64,000 nt of DNA from Pocillopora damicornis (lineage: Eukaryota), in the NCBI RefSeq assembly GCF_003704095.1, contig NW_020844911.1, positions 186,001 through 250,000 on the forward strand, written 5' to 3'. Of this stretch, positions 1 through 12,100 are shown one piece after another (within the stretch, counting starts at the first letter, position 1; the number at the start of each line of letters is the position of its first letter). The notes under the pieces are model-generated. The model worked only from the letters and a program-made list of their open reading frames with translations. It did no database searches and was not told where the DNA came from. Both the position numbers and the translations under genes were made by a program.

Positions 1-453
1 ATCTTGATCTAGCACCAAGTTATCATAACTAATTTACAAGGAAATGTGTAGCAGCTACAGGAGAGAATTAACAATCAGATCTTGGGAGTTAAAGGGTTAA
101 CAACAGTTGATCAGTTTAAGAATAGTCAGAAGTAGTTATCTAGTAACTCTTAGCTGTTTTAACAGGCAAGGCATCGCGTAACGTGGCAGGACATTTCATT
201 CTTGAATAGTTTAATACAAGAAGCTCTACAACCTCGCTTTCCAGATGCTGTTGAAAGGTGAATATTTTTTCCTCACTTTCTTGTTGACTTTCTTTAGTTA
301 GAAAAATATCAACAAGGGATATTTTTTGATTAGACAACAAATTCTCACATCCAAAGTGATAAGAAATGTATAGAAGATGGTGTGGAGAAGTGATATGTAG
401 ATGATGTTAGTGGAATGAATATAGTTTACACATTTTACCATCTTGATTTGTAG

Positions 454-1956
454 GCTGGTTGTTGGTTTTTCATCGAATGGTGCATCAAGCAGGAAACAGT
501 TGGGTGCATCACTTCAAGGACTGACTTTAAACTACAGGGTTGGTTTTGTACTTAAGTAGAAGCCATCACTGATTTACCAAAAGGTTCAGATTTGTGTCAT
601 GTGTAGTATCAGTAAACACTGATATGTGGTTCAGTTTTACTGTTTTGCACAGATATATTTTAGAAGAACATTCATTTGATACCTGCCGCATAATTAAAAA
701 GTCATTAGATTTTTTTGGGAAGGTGAAATTTGAAATTTCACATCTTGCCCTGCATGGTTAATGTTGAATCTACTTTGTGAAAAGTTACACACTGTTAGAG
801 GGATAGAACCAAAATATGTGGATTTGATTAAAAAAAAACAGTATTGTGATGTTTGTATGCAAGCTTGCATGTACTGTCTATTGACAGAAATTATGACAAG
901 ATGTTACCCTTGTTTTAATATGAGGCTGCCTTAGAAATTAACCCTTCAACACTCATGAGTGACCAAGAAAGAATTTCTCCTTACAATTTCAATATCCAGC
1001 TGACAAGTGGTAAGAATATAGAAAAATATCATTTAGGAGATTATCACCTGATCCAGTACCAAATTCTCTAAAATCACATGATAAGAACTGTACAGTACTC
1101 AGTAAGGAGAATTATTAGTGACATCTTGAGAGTAAAATGGTTTATCTCATATCATATATGTTAGTTCTCAGAGCCTCACACCAATGTCTGTTATTTAATG
1201 CCAAACTGTAAAACATCATAATTGGGTGTTTGATCATATTTCTTGCAGGCACCATGGCCAGTCAGTATCATAATTGACAGTTCCTGTCAGAAGCTCTACA
1301 ATCTTGTGTTTTTGTTTCTCTTAGAACTAAAACAAGCCAAGTGGAGCCTGGATGAGCTTAGATTTTCAGGTTTTGAATTACTTTTTTTTCAAATTTTTAA
1401 CTCTTTTTAAGGATGCAGTATACTTTTACTGTTTAACAATAATAGATTCCATTTTACTGTGCATCAATTCAGTAAAAGGTCACAGATGACGTCAAAATGT
1501 GGTATGAAAAAAAGTGGCACACATGGCAAAGCTAAGTGCGTCACTGATGTAGTGTTTAGCACTAAAGGACTAGGGATATAGTTAAAAGTTTAGGGTGGAG
1601 TGGTACAGGAAGTAAAGAGATTTTGACTGCCTTATCTCCCCCCCCCTCCCCCCCACCCATCCTGTCATTTGTTTTGTCATAAAATACTGATTTTTTTCCT
1701 GGTCTGCAAAGTGAGGGTACAGTACATTTTCTTCCTTAACATCTGATGGTGGTCATGTCTGTTAGACCTCAGAGGCAACAGACGTCAGATGAAGACTGAT
1801 GACACTGATGATGAGAATGAAACAGAGGATGATGGGCAGACATCTGAATCAGGCTCAGGGTCACCTCCTGATCAGAAATTGCAGCATAAAATGTGTGTGT
1901 TCAGGTTCAAATTAATGCAGTTTATCAACTGTATTCACAACCACTTTATGACACGA
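454..1956 (+). CDS. TUBGCP5: Gamma-tubulin complex component 5, internal/3' exons only (454-538, 1249-1369, 1766-1956)
   Basis: GT-AG exons join in frame: ...LQGLTLNYR|APWPVSIIIDSSCQKLYNLVFLFLLELKQAKWSLDELRFS|D...HKMCVFRFKLMQFINCIHNHFMTR. This resembles the GRIP2 region of GCP5 (PWP...QKIYNQVF..LL; HRMFLLRVKLMHFVNSLHNYIMTR). The gene starts before the window and its last exons are not visible. Confidence 0.85.
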
Positions 1957-2558
1957 GTAAGTGGAACATAATCATGTAACATGAATTACTGTAAGGTACA
2001 TTTCCTCAAATAAGCACCCAGGCACTCATTCAAAATTTCAGCTAGAAGGAGAAGCACTCATTGGAAGGAGGAAGTTTAATCAAGGGATGCTTATTAATAA
2101 AATATTAACATGTACCAATTCTACTGTAGTTGAAGCTTAAAATGTTTTCCTTTATATCCACACTATTAAAGAAAGGTGAACAAAACTTGGTCTGTAACTT
2201 GCAGTATAGACTTTGAGCTGGGTTGGTAAGAGGTATATAATTTTATAAGTTTGGTACACTGCTAGTGGCCTGTTTTCTCTCGGCTGTTAGAACAAATTCT
2301 ACATTTAGGCTTTGAAAGAAATGCGAGACTCAGAGAACAAATTTAAATGGCGTATAAAAGAGACTTTAAGACTTAATTCAAGGGCTGGAAAGAATTTGAG
2401 ATCAGATTAACAGTTTGCCACAGTCGCCATTTTTCAAGCTATCATTTGCCTTTCCCTAACACTGGGAACAGCAATGTTGTGATAAATGTTTTTGTGTGAG
2501 CAGCACAATTTTAGTTGTTTGCAGTCATGTAACACTTGTCAGAGAATTTAAAACAATA

Positions 2559-2658
2559 NNNNNNNNNNNNNNNNNNNNNNNNNNNNNNNNNNNNNNNNNN
2601 NNNNNNNNNNNNNNNNNNNNNNNNNNNNNNNNNNNNNNNNNNNNNNNNNNNNNNNNNN
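2559..2658. other. Assembly gap (100 N). Further gaps at 10441-10540, 13037-13136, 16029-16404 and 58305-58404
   Basis: Runs of N in the sequence. Confidence 0.99.
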
Positions 2659-3402
2659 AGGAAAAAACACTTGGTAAATTTTATGGTGACTAGTTTGCTA
2701 TATGGCTTACTTTTTGTTGAGAAGTGATTTTAAATTGTTTTGGTGTAGTGTTTAGTGTTGTATTGTATGATCTTAACCCTTTACATGTGACTCCCAAGAT
2801 CTGATTTTTAATTCTCCCCACTAGCTGCTATACATTTCCTTGTAAATTAGTTACAAGTATTTGGTGTTGGATCAACATAACAATTTCTGTCTGATAACTT
2901 TGAGTATTCTCATCACTTGTTTGCTGGATAATGTATGGATATTATAGGGAGAAGTAACTTGTTAATCACTGAGAGTTACAGGGGTAATAGTGATGTACAG
3001 TCAATATTTGTCTTACACAAAATAAATTGATAAAAACAATACAACAAATACAAAAAATCATGCCCAAATGAATGCTTTTAATACTCAATCAACAGAAAAA
3101 CCAGCAGACAGTGTGACACACTAAACTGTTTCACACCTAAGAGTGACTAGCCTCTAATTTCTCCTTACACATCACCCCTGAATCAAACATAAAGTTTACA
3201 GGAATAATGGTGATGATCACCAACTAAATAAGCTCTTGATTGCTTAATTCTCTATGTGAGCACCTTAGGAAATGTTGACAGAACAGTACGGAGAATATAC
3301 ATACTGCATCAGTGTATAAAGGGTTATGGCAGCCTACTTGTAAACACACTCATAATGCAGAAATGATAGCTGAAGGCTGAACAATTTTTAAATTTCATAA
3401 CA

Positions 3403-4728
3403 TTATCTTTTGTGAAACAAAATCTCTGCAAACTGTCCCCCTGCATCATTTGTGCCATTTGGACTTGACTGGCTAGTGAACCTAAAGCATGAACCATCAC
3501 ATTCCACGACACTCAGCCCACCAGAGCCATACCATGAACTAACCCCGGAGATCAATGCAGAAATGTGGTACTGCACATTGGGTTGTAGCTGCACAAGATC
3601 ATCAAAGATTATATCGAAACCAAAGTATCCATTTGTCTTCTCTGCTTCAGTCTCGTAAGAACCATCAATAGAGTACAACTCTTGATCCCGGCAGTTACCC
3701 TCCACCAGCAAAGACAGCTTGAGAGAGACATCATACGAGAACCCTCTGCTCCCAAACAGACGGACCCCACCCATATACACAGGGGTATCTACGGCAAAAA
3801 CCACCCCATCGGGTATACCGCTAGAATATGCCCATCCATGGCTGACCTGAGGGAATCTCTTGCAGCGGGAAAACACACGAGGAGGAATTAACTTCCTTGG
3901 ACGTTTTGGGAATTTCATGCTTATTGTAACAGAGCTATACCACATGAACATCTCGATGACATCGTCTTTGGTGAGGAGCCCAGATGTTGGAACCTTTTCA
4001 GCAAATTGCTCCTGCGTCATCAGCGGAAAACGAATGTTGTTTATAACTTCCTCGCCAGTTACCCTTCTTTTATTTTCTTTAGAGGGTTCAATCTCTTGTC
4101 GCTCACACTCCACATCTGCCCATCGATCAACGGCTTCGAAAAGGTTCACTTCGTGAATCGCCAGAGAATCTCGAACCACAATTTCTTCGAGTAGTTCCGT
4201 TGCGATGGACGAGAACGATTCAGATCTTAGCACTTCTTCGGCCCTCGCATCCACAACCTCCCAGCAGCGAGTCACAAGCTCGTTGTCTTCGAACTTTTTA
4301 GCATGAGGCAAAATGTCGAAGACATTTTCCGGCGAGAGATTTTCGGTCAAGAATTTCGTACATTCGATTTCAAGTTCCGGAACAATGTACTTCTTTGCTA
4401 AGTATGAAACTTGCATAACGCAACTTCCAGTGAGCTTGACTTCGTCGCAATAAAGAAAGCGAAGAAACTCTTCAAAGCTTTCTGAATCACAGTCAGGAAG
4501 CTCAATTCTTCTTTTACTCTCCGCTAAATCGCCGAAAAACATAGCATACAAAACTGGGCTGCTCACCGCTAGCACGAACTTATGTGCCGAGAAGATGACA
4601 TCGGAACCCTCAGAATCTTTAATCACAAAAGATATGTCGCTCATCAATGGGTTGTTAAACATAAACTCGATGCGTTCTTTGATGTTCTTTCTTTTCGTCT
4701 GCCAAGATTCAAATTCTTTCGACGCCAT
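3403..4728 (-). CDS. Intronless BTB/POZ-BACK-PHR protein (BTBD1/2/3/6-like Cullin3 adaptor), 441 aa
   Basis: BTB motifs (SDISF, AHKFVLAVSSPVLYAMF, LRFLYCDEV, AKKYIV), BACK region (LFEAVDRWA, IRFPLM) and a C-terminal PHR domain (CKRF..GWAYS, SPNGT..GGQFAEILF). Confidence 0.92.
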   Translation of the reverse strand: MASKEFESWQTKRKNIKERIEFMFNNPLMSDISFVIKDSEGSDVIFSAHKFVLAVSSPVLYAMFFGDLAESKRRIELPDCDSESFEEFLRFLYCDEVKLTGSCVMQVSYLAKKYIVPELEIECTKFLTENLSPENVFDILPHAKKFEDNELVTRCWEVVDARAEEVLRSESFSSIATELLEEIVVRDSLAIHEVNLFEAVDRWADVECERQEIEPSKENKRRVTGEEVINNIRFPLMTQEQFAEKVPTSGLLTKDDVIEMFMWYSSVTISMKFPKRPRKLIPPRVFSRCKRFPQVSHGWAYSSGIPDGVVFAVDTPVYMGGVRLFGSRGFSYDVSLKLSLLVEGNCRDQELYSIDGSYETEAEKTNGYFGFDIIFDDLVQLQPNVQYHISALISGVSSWYGSGGLSVVECDGSCFRFTSQSSPNGTNDAGGQFAEILFHKR

Positions 4729-6560
4729 GAAGTCCCTGCCGTAATCTCAAATTTGGTAGCTGCGAAGAATTCGAACTGCTGACTGGGTTTTTTATAACGA
4801 AAGACCGCTGTCCGAGATATCGTGGGAGCAGTATGGGTGCGTCATCGAATCCCTCGCGTGACCCGGACTGAGGGTCAACTTTGCGTGTCAAATATCTGTT
4901 ATTTTTTCTTCCTTTTTCTTTTTCCAGTTTATATTTCAGTCAACATTCACCAACCAAATTTTGAGTGAAATGTACAAATTTCATTCAGATTACTAGAGCA
5001 TGAGACCGGGTATCATCTGAGTTTAAATCGATGTTATTTATCAGAAAAATAGAATTACTGGAAGGAAACTATTGTAGTGCCTACAATACGTATAAATATA
5101 TCATTTATGATGTTTATCCTGTCTGTAATCAGTATCTTACTCGTTGTAATCAAACGAACTCTACGCAGAAAAGGTGTTATTTTGGATCAGAGCGTAGCAA
5201 AGGAGGGAGGGGAGGGGGGTCTGATGTCGTTTCGCGCATGGATTTTAAAGAAAGAATCACGCGTTATGTAAAAAAGCAAAAACTTAAAACCTCACGTCAC
5301 CTTGCCTTTTTGTAAAATTTACGAGATTGCTCACGCTTCGCTTAGAAACACTTTGCCTCCCCCTCCCCTCCCCTCTTAGGTTAAGTTTCGTGAGTAGCAG
5401 TTAAAATGATTATGTTGTACCAGCTGTGCTACTTCATAATAACAGAGTATCACCAAATGCAATGTTAACCTAAGGAAAAAAAATCCGCGTGGTTATCTCA
5501 AATAAAACTCTTTCAATTTTTTTAAATACCGTTTCCTAGATTTTAAGCTATGTGATATTTTTTTAATTCAAATCTCGCATGTTTCATTTACGTGACAGAT
5601 TCTTTGTGTAGCAAACATAATCGAAACATCTCATTAATACTTGGCGTTAGTTTTCAGAAGCTTAAAATAAACCGATCAAGTTAAAAGCTTTCTACTATGT
5701 TTTAAGACATTTGAGTAATGTAAAATACAGCTTTGTAACACAAACAACGATGCGATAGAAACCTTTCATTAACGCAAAGTATGACGTACCGCTTCAGATA
5801 ATCGACAAAACGCGTGCGGAAAAAAGGTTTAGTTTTCAATCTCAAAACAGAAGATAGTCGTTTTCAATTGCATGGCGTCAGACTTAGGGTCAGGACAGCA
5901 GTTTTCAATTTCAATAAGAAAGAAGTCTTAAAGCTACGTAATTTCTGTCGTCGAGTCTTTCAAGAATGCTTCGCTTATGAAATAAAAATATTTGTCGCCA
6001 AAGGGGTATTTTTAGACAAATCTTAACTCCTTGACGAAAGGAGCAGCATTCGTGCTGCGATAATTAATTAATAGTCTCTCGCTCTGTAGTGCTTTTGACA
6101 GGTTATTCTTCACTATCTCTTTATTACCCGAGCAGGTGAATTAGTAAGTGGTGGATAAAACCATTGTTATCTTCCATATTAACGGTGCAATACTAATATG
6201 CCGCAAGATAGCTCTCCTGATTAAAAATGATATCGAGAGATATGGTGTTTATCTTACTTAAGATTGATGTCTCCGTAAAACTAATCACGCGAACCATACA
6301 TTTTTGTTAAGTTTAAAATTTATTTTTTCATTCTTTTTTTTCCCCGTTAGGTTTCGTGTAAATAATTTGCCTACGGCATTTCAATAAGTTTAACTCCAGA
6401 TTAAGGCGTGTAAGCATAACTTTTAGAAACATTTACTTTTAAATAGCCATTAAAATATTTATATAATTACGTAAGTTTAAATTTAAAAACTGTTGTACAT
6501 GCATGAAAGCATAAAAAAATTTTCAAATTTTGAATAAATTACAAGAGAACATTTTTACCT

Positions 6561-7517
6561 TTAAGAACGAATTCTGCATAACGTTAATAAATGATACATC
6601 TCTTTTCGAACCATTTTGTTCATAAAACCATATATCCAAGGGTTTAAAACTGCACTGGTGTAGGCTAGAAATGTGTAAAACATATAGACTTCGCGGGGAA
6701 ACCACTTCGTTTGTGTGGTATCAGCAATATCTATAATTACACATGGTATCCAACATAACGAAAACCCTAAAATGATGATGAAAACAATCTTGGATAGTTT
6801 GACTTCTTCTCGGCTTAAAATCGATCTTGAATCGTGTTCTCCTCGCGCGGTTTCGTATTCTCGGCGGTGAGTGCGAATTGTGTGTAAAACTCGCGCGTAA
6901 CACGCAAGAATGACAACAGCGGGGAAACCTACGAAGAAAATACTGAAGATAATCGTGAAGCGACGACTGTGTTCGATGGACGGGAAAGTCATAACGCAAA
7001 TGGCTTTTCGAGGGTGGAACACATAACGCGAGGAGAGTGAAATAACCAGAGTTCCCATTATGACAGCTGTGAAGAGGCTGATAGCGATAATAATGAGCAA
7101 AGTTTTCAGCTTCGTAAAAATTCTTTTGTAAAAATGTGGACGAACCACGTTCAAGTTTCGATTCGACGCTGTTATAGTTATGATTTGAAGCGATTGGAAA
7201 ACCAGGAGGTGAATACTGAATCCCTGAATTTGACAAACCAATTCACCGAATGGCCAGTGGTCCATAATCAAAGATCCAAGAGTGAGAGGCATAGCAATTG
7301 ACGCGAGCAAAATGTCTGTCACACACAGTGTAACGATGAACATGTTGGTAATCGTCCGTAACACTCGCTTTCTGTAGATTGTTATACAAACCAACACATT
7401 TCCTCCGAGAGCTAACACAATGATGATGAAAAGCAAGCAGATTTCGACGATTTTCTGGGCCAAATTCCGCGATCCTAATACATTTTCGGGTACAGTCTCT
7501 AAAGAAATATTTGACAT
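6561..7517 (-). CDS. Rhodopsin-class orphan GPCR (melatonin-receptor-like), intronless CDS; probable start MSNISLE at 7517 (ORF is open to 7673)
   Basis: Seven hydrophobic segments; GN in TM1, LCVTD in TM2, WPFG..C, CWIP in TM6, NPWIY in TM7; N-glycosylation sequon NIS just after the proposed Met. Confidence 0.9.
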   Translation of the reverse strand: MSNISLETVPENVLGSRNLAQKIVEICLLFIIIVLALGGNVLVCITIYRKRVLRTITNMFIVTLCVTDILLASIAMPLTLGSLIMDHWPFGELVCQIQGFSIHLLVFQSLQIITITASNRNLNVVRPHFYKRIFTKLKTLLIIIAISLFTAVIMGTLVISLSSRYVFHPRKAICVMTFPSIEHSRRFTIIFSIFFVGFPAVVILACYARVLHTIRTHRREYETARGEHDSRSILSREEVKLSKIVFIIILGFSLCWIPCVIIDIADTTQTKWFPREVYMFYTFLAYTSAVLNPWIYGFMNKMVRKEMYHLLTLCRIRS

Positions 7518-9152
7518 CTTTAGGTCATAGCTCAATGAAACTGCAGACGAGTGGAACTTTTTGGTTGTTTTCACTTTCCTTAATATCAAGTTTGTGGGCG
7601 GGGAAAATATCCTAAATAAGAGCATAAATTTGCATTTCAGTGTCATACCTAAGCAATTGTTTTCACGCGTCATTGATCTCTTTCTGTCAGTTTCTTTCTC
7701 AGAGGCGTTCTCGAACTGTCACCTTTGATTCCTGTTGCCGAATCAAATAATTCTGTGGCGTCCGTTATCTCCAACGCGACCAAAGGGTGTCCTTTCCTAT
7801 CAGTTTAAAGTATCTGAACTTTTCTAGAATTTTCTTAGGGAAAATAGGTGGTTTTGAGAAGGGACAGGAAATGTGTAACACGGCTAAAACACGTCCTAAG
7901 GCCCCCTAACGGAAGAAAAGTGGTTTCACGGAGACCGTAAAATTTGCGTCACGCAATCGGAAAGAGATTAACCAAACATATTTTACTGCCAAAATAAAAA
8001 ATGAATATAAAATAGAATTGGAATGAAACGATGACAGAAAAATTTTAGGCCCCGAAAAGAATATTTTACGCCTGCCTCCCACTTCAAATTTCTTCTAACC
8101 ACGAAAATAACTGATTTGATGAGGTCCGGTTCACACTCGTCTTTCAAAAGACTCGAAGGCAATTCTAAAACGCAAAGAAAACGTCCTTGAATAAAAGTCT
8201 TAATGAGAGAGAAACAATAGCTTACACTTGTTGCGACAAAAAGGAAAAAGCTGTCCATTCAATTGCGGCCTTTCAACGCAAAACAACAGCTAACAGCACA
8301 AAATTTCAGAATCACGCAGAGTGCTTAGAGAATTTTTTTCTTTTTCGGTCGCGGGGGTTAATCTCATATTAAGCAACAGAATTACTTGTTTTTCTTCGGG
8401 CTTATCCTCGCTGAGAAGACCTGTCAAGATCCGGCCGAGTGACGCAGGATAAAAAGAAAACAATGAACAACAATGATAATTACTCTAGAAAACCTGAATA
8501 GCGACAAAACGAAGCGAAACTTTTTCACCTCGACTCTTCCAGTTCCAGTTCCAGAATAGTCCTCCAATTAGTAATCTTGTTGCTCTGGAAAGGCATTGTG
8601 AAAGTGTCGTTCAATCAATGTCTCGAAATCATTTGCGTGTTGTGGCACGTTTAATAGTAGGCGAAGTTATATAACTTTTTCTGACAAAGGGCAGAAATCT
8701 AGCTTCGAGCCATGTTCCGTTTGTCGACCTTGCATGCTCTTAGCTCTTGACAAGCATATAAAAATTATCTCACAATTAGCAGCGACAAGTTTAAACAGAT
8801 TATTTACAGGTTAACTTCCCTAGTGATCCTATTGAAGGCGCACAATTATTAGACCACTCGCGTAGAACAGTTTTGAGTTACAGCAAGTGTTACCACAAGT
8901 GTAGAAGAGCGAAAATTAGCTAATTACTCCGATGCCCTCTCTCAAGAAATTTACCAGCAAAGCGTAACTTGCTATAATTTAAATTGAGTCGCTTGTAAAA
9001 AATTAATTATGTAGAATTCGATTTACTACTGTATGTTTTACTGTATGTTTAGGTCTAGATCTCAGAAGATGATACAGCTGGTAAGAACGAAAACAAGGCT
9101 TTCTCCTTCACAAATCACTGTTTGCTTAATTTAGCCTTTAGAACTGGACTCT

Positions 9153-12100
9153 TCATTGAAGTAAGTTCATCCTCTCGTAATACTCAGTACCAGGTCTTTC
9201 TCTCAAGCCTTGCTTGCTACTGGTTCCAGTCCTGTTGTTAAGCTCACATGTGTTATCCTGGGAAAGGTAGGTGAATGACTCACACGTCATCTCTACGAGG
9301 CAGTAGGCCATACATTTCCATGGTGATGTCACGTGATATTCCAAATGAATCATGTGACCTGTCAGTGCCAACGGAACACCAGCTTTCGACACGGGGAGAT
9401 AGAAGAAAGCGTCCTCATAATGGATGGCCGAGTTTTCTAGGATTTGAAAGCAAAAAGGAGTCAGAGATTTTGTAACACGATATACAGCTTCTATAGCGTA
9501 TTAAAGTGGCTCAATAAAAACTGACCTCTTTGTTCTTGTTTTGATTTTCTTGTTGTTGTTTTTTTTCCAAATTTCTGATTTATTAGTCCTGATCAGAAGT
9601 CAGGGAAAGTCTGTTCCGGTCAGGAAACGAAGAGAGGGGGAAGTTTGGGTCGATTCGAAAAAAGGAGGGAGGTTTGGGTCGAGTCGAAAAGAGGAGGGAG
9701 GCTTAGGCCGGGTCGAAAAAAGGAAGGATGCTTGGGCGTTTGGGCCGGGTCGAAAAAAGGAGGGAGGCTTGGGTCGGGTCGAAAAAAGGAGGGAGGTTTG
9801 GGTCGGGTCGCATAGCCCTCTTTTATTTGACCCGACCCAAGCCCCGCGCTTTTTATGCTCTAACGCCTGCTATCGTGCCTACTAACTCAACGCCTTGAAT
9901 AGGCTAGGTTTGAAAAAATGACGATGAGAAAAGTTTGGACACATCAAAAAAATCTTACCAAGAATGGCATCCAACAGCTTGCTGTAAACTGATTCGAAGA
10001 AACTAACGGAATACTTACCTATACAATATCTCGCTTTGACTACGAAAGACGTCGGCTGCAGCTTGTAGACAAGATATCCATAACAATTCCTGACTTGCAC
10101 CTTCACTTCTGCAAAGCAGCAGGTGCTACTCCAACTAAAACAAACAGTTCGTTGGACAACACCCTCCTCCATAGATGGGTGGCTCCCGCGAAGCCAGCCT
10201 GAGGCCTGGGTTCCACAAGCCCAAGGTTCCGTACAAGAGTCTGGTAGCTAGCGAGAAATATGAGTGATTCTTGAACTTTCTGATAAATATGATACAAGAC
10301 TTGCTAGATAGTTGAATTTCATGACTTTGCAGGGGGGGGTCAGAAGTTCCTTATTTCGAATTTGTAGAATGTTATGTTTGCAAGACTGCCACGTAACATA
10401 CAGTTGTTAATTTAAGATGCCTATATTACCAGCTTCAGAANNNNNNNNNNNNNNNNNNNNNNNNNNNNNNNNNNNNNNNNNNNNNNNNNNNNNNNNNNNN
10501 NNNNNNNNNNNNNNNNNNNNNNNNNNNNNNNNNNNNNNNNTCTCTCTCTCTCTCTCTCTCTGGGCTAAGAAAAAGAATGAAATTAACTTCGGGTACACCT
10601 CACCTCTGCTTTCAGAATAAACCTCCACTTCGCACAATGTCAGAACCATTCCAGTTCCCTCAAGTCTGATATTTACATATCGCCCTGTTTTTCTCGGTTT
10701 GCAATAAAACGAAGCTTTGTGTACAGTGGCCATTGAGTACAATCCACCACACCTTGGATTTGAGTTCCCATTATTCTCCAAACTGTCTCCTAAGCAGAAA
10801 AAAGTCTACGTGAGAGGCCTGCGTTTTTCGTTGCATTCGAAGTACATGGGGATTCTTGAAGAGCTGTGGTATGTTAAGGTTAAGACCGTAGCTTTTTATA
10901 ATCGCAAAATAAAGTTAACATCGCATGAAAGACTTCGAACTAAACGTAAGGAAACAAAAAATTATTTCATTCAACGTGAACGTTCAGCTTACCCACATAA
11001 ATTGCTATGTTGCGCAGCCTATCCATGCAACATCCTACCCTGTTGACTATGAACACCTCTGACACGTGCTGACTTGAACCCAGATCCACTCGCCACCAGG
11101 GATAATTTTGTTCAGCTGTATGTGTACAACTTAACCCCTTATAATGGCTGTCAAGATTTCCATCCAGTGCGTGCGCAGGAAAACCATCATATGCCGTAGT
11201 GGACTGTGTTGCTGATCGACCTGCAGCAATGTTTACTAATAAAAAACAAAACAAAACAAAAGAAGACTTCTATAGAGTCAGCCAGCCTCTCATTCCGTAC
11301 ACAGCTACTGACCTTTCTCTTTCGTCTTTTAACCGAAATCTCTTTCGAATCCCTTACCTACCCACGTGCATTCCTTCCTATGTATCTCTAACTTTCCTAC
11401 TCACCACCTTCTAACCTTACTTAACAGGCTACATACCTGCTTAACAACCGACCTCCCTAGTCATCGACCTACCCAATCATTTTACCTAGCTGCCTTACCT
11501 CTTCACCTACTTTCTCATATAGCAACCAGTCTTATTGTCCACCTTGTTATTTTGCCTCCTGTTACGAAAAATTGTCTAAGTTAAGCTCCTAGAACATTCT
11601 ACAAAACAGTCTAGAACCCGAAGTCATCCAGACGTGACCTTCTTGTACAAGAACGTTCTGGAACATTCTATTTCTTATGTAATTACTCAGATTTGGAAAC
11701 CGTGTTAATCTACTAAATTTGGTTCTTTAGAGAAGTTTCTAGATCCTTGTACTTTATGTATGTAAGAGCGATAGTTTCATCGAAAAAACAGAGAGAATTG
11801 TGAAGAAGCTTAGTGCTGTATAGTCGAGAGATCAACTACGTGGAAATAAATCAGTTTGTTGCTGTTACCGACGATCTTGAGTTTTGTCTAGGAACAACCC
11901 TGCTCTACATCGACACTCGTAACACCTCCCTGTTTACACTTGCCCATAGGAGTTGATTCACCTGCTGGATTAGGATTCACTGACACCGCACAGATATCCA
12001 GCTTCTTATTCTTTCCCGCTATTCGGATGTCCACATATCGACCCCTGACACCAGGGGTGCAATCGAATGACTTTTCCTGTGAAGATGTCATAGTGTATGG

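Noticed and set aside
6721-7236. 171-aa alternate-frame ORF, and antisense ORFs over the GPCR/BTB genes (e.g. 21009-21452, 24706-25173)
   Set aside because: Shadows of real CDSs with no recognisable motifs.
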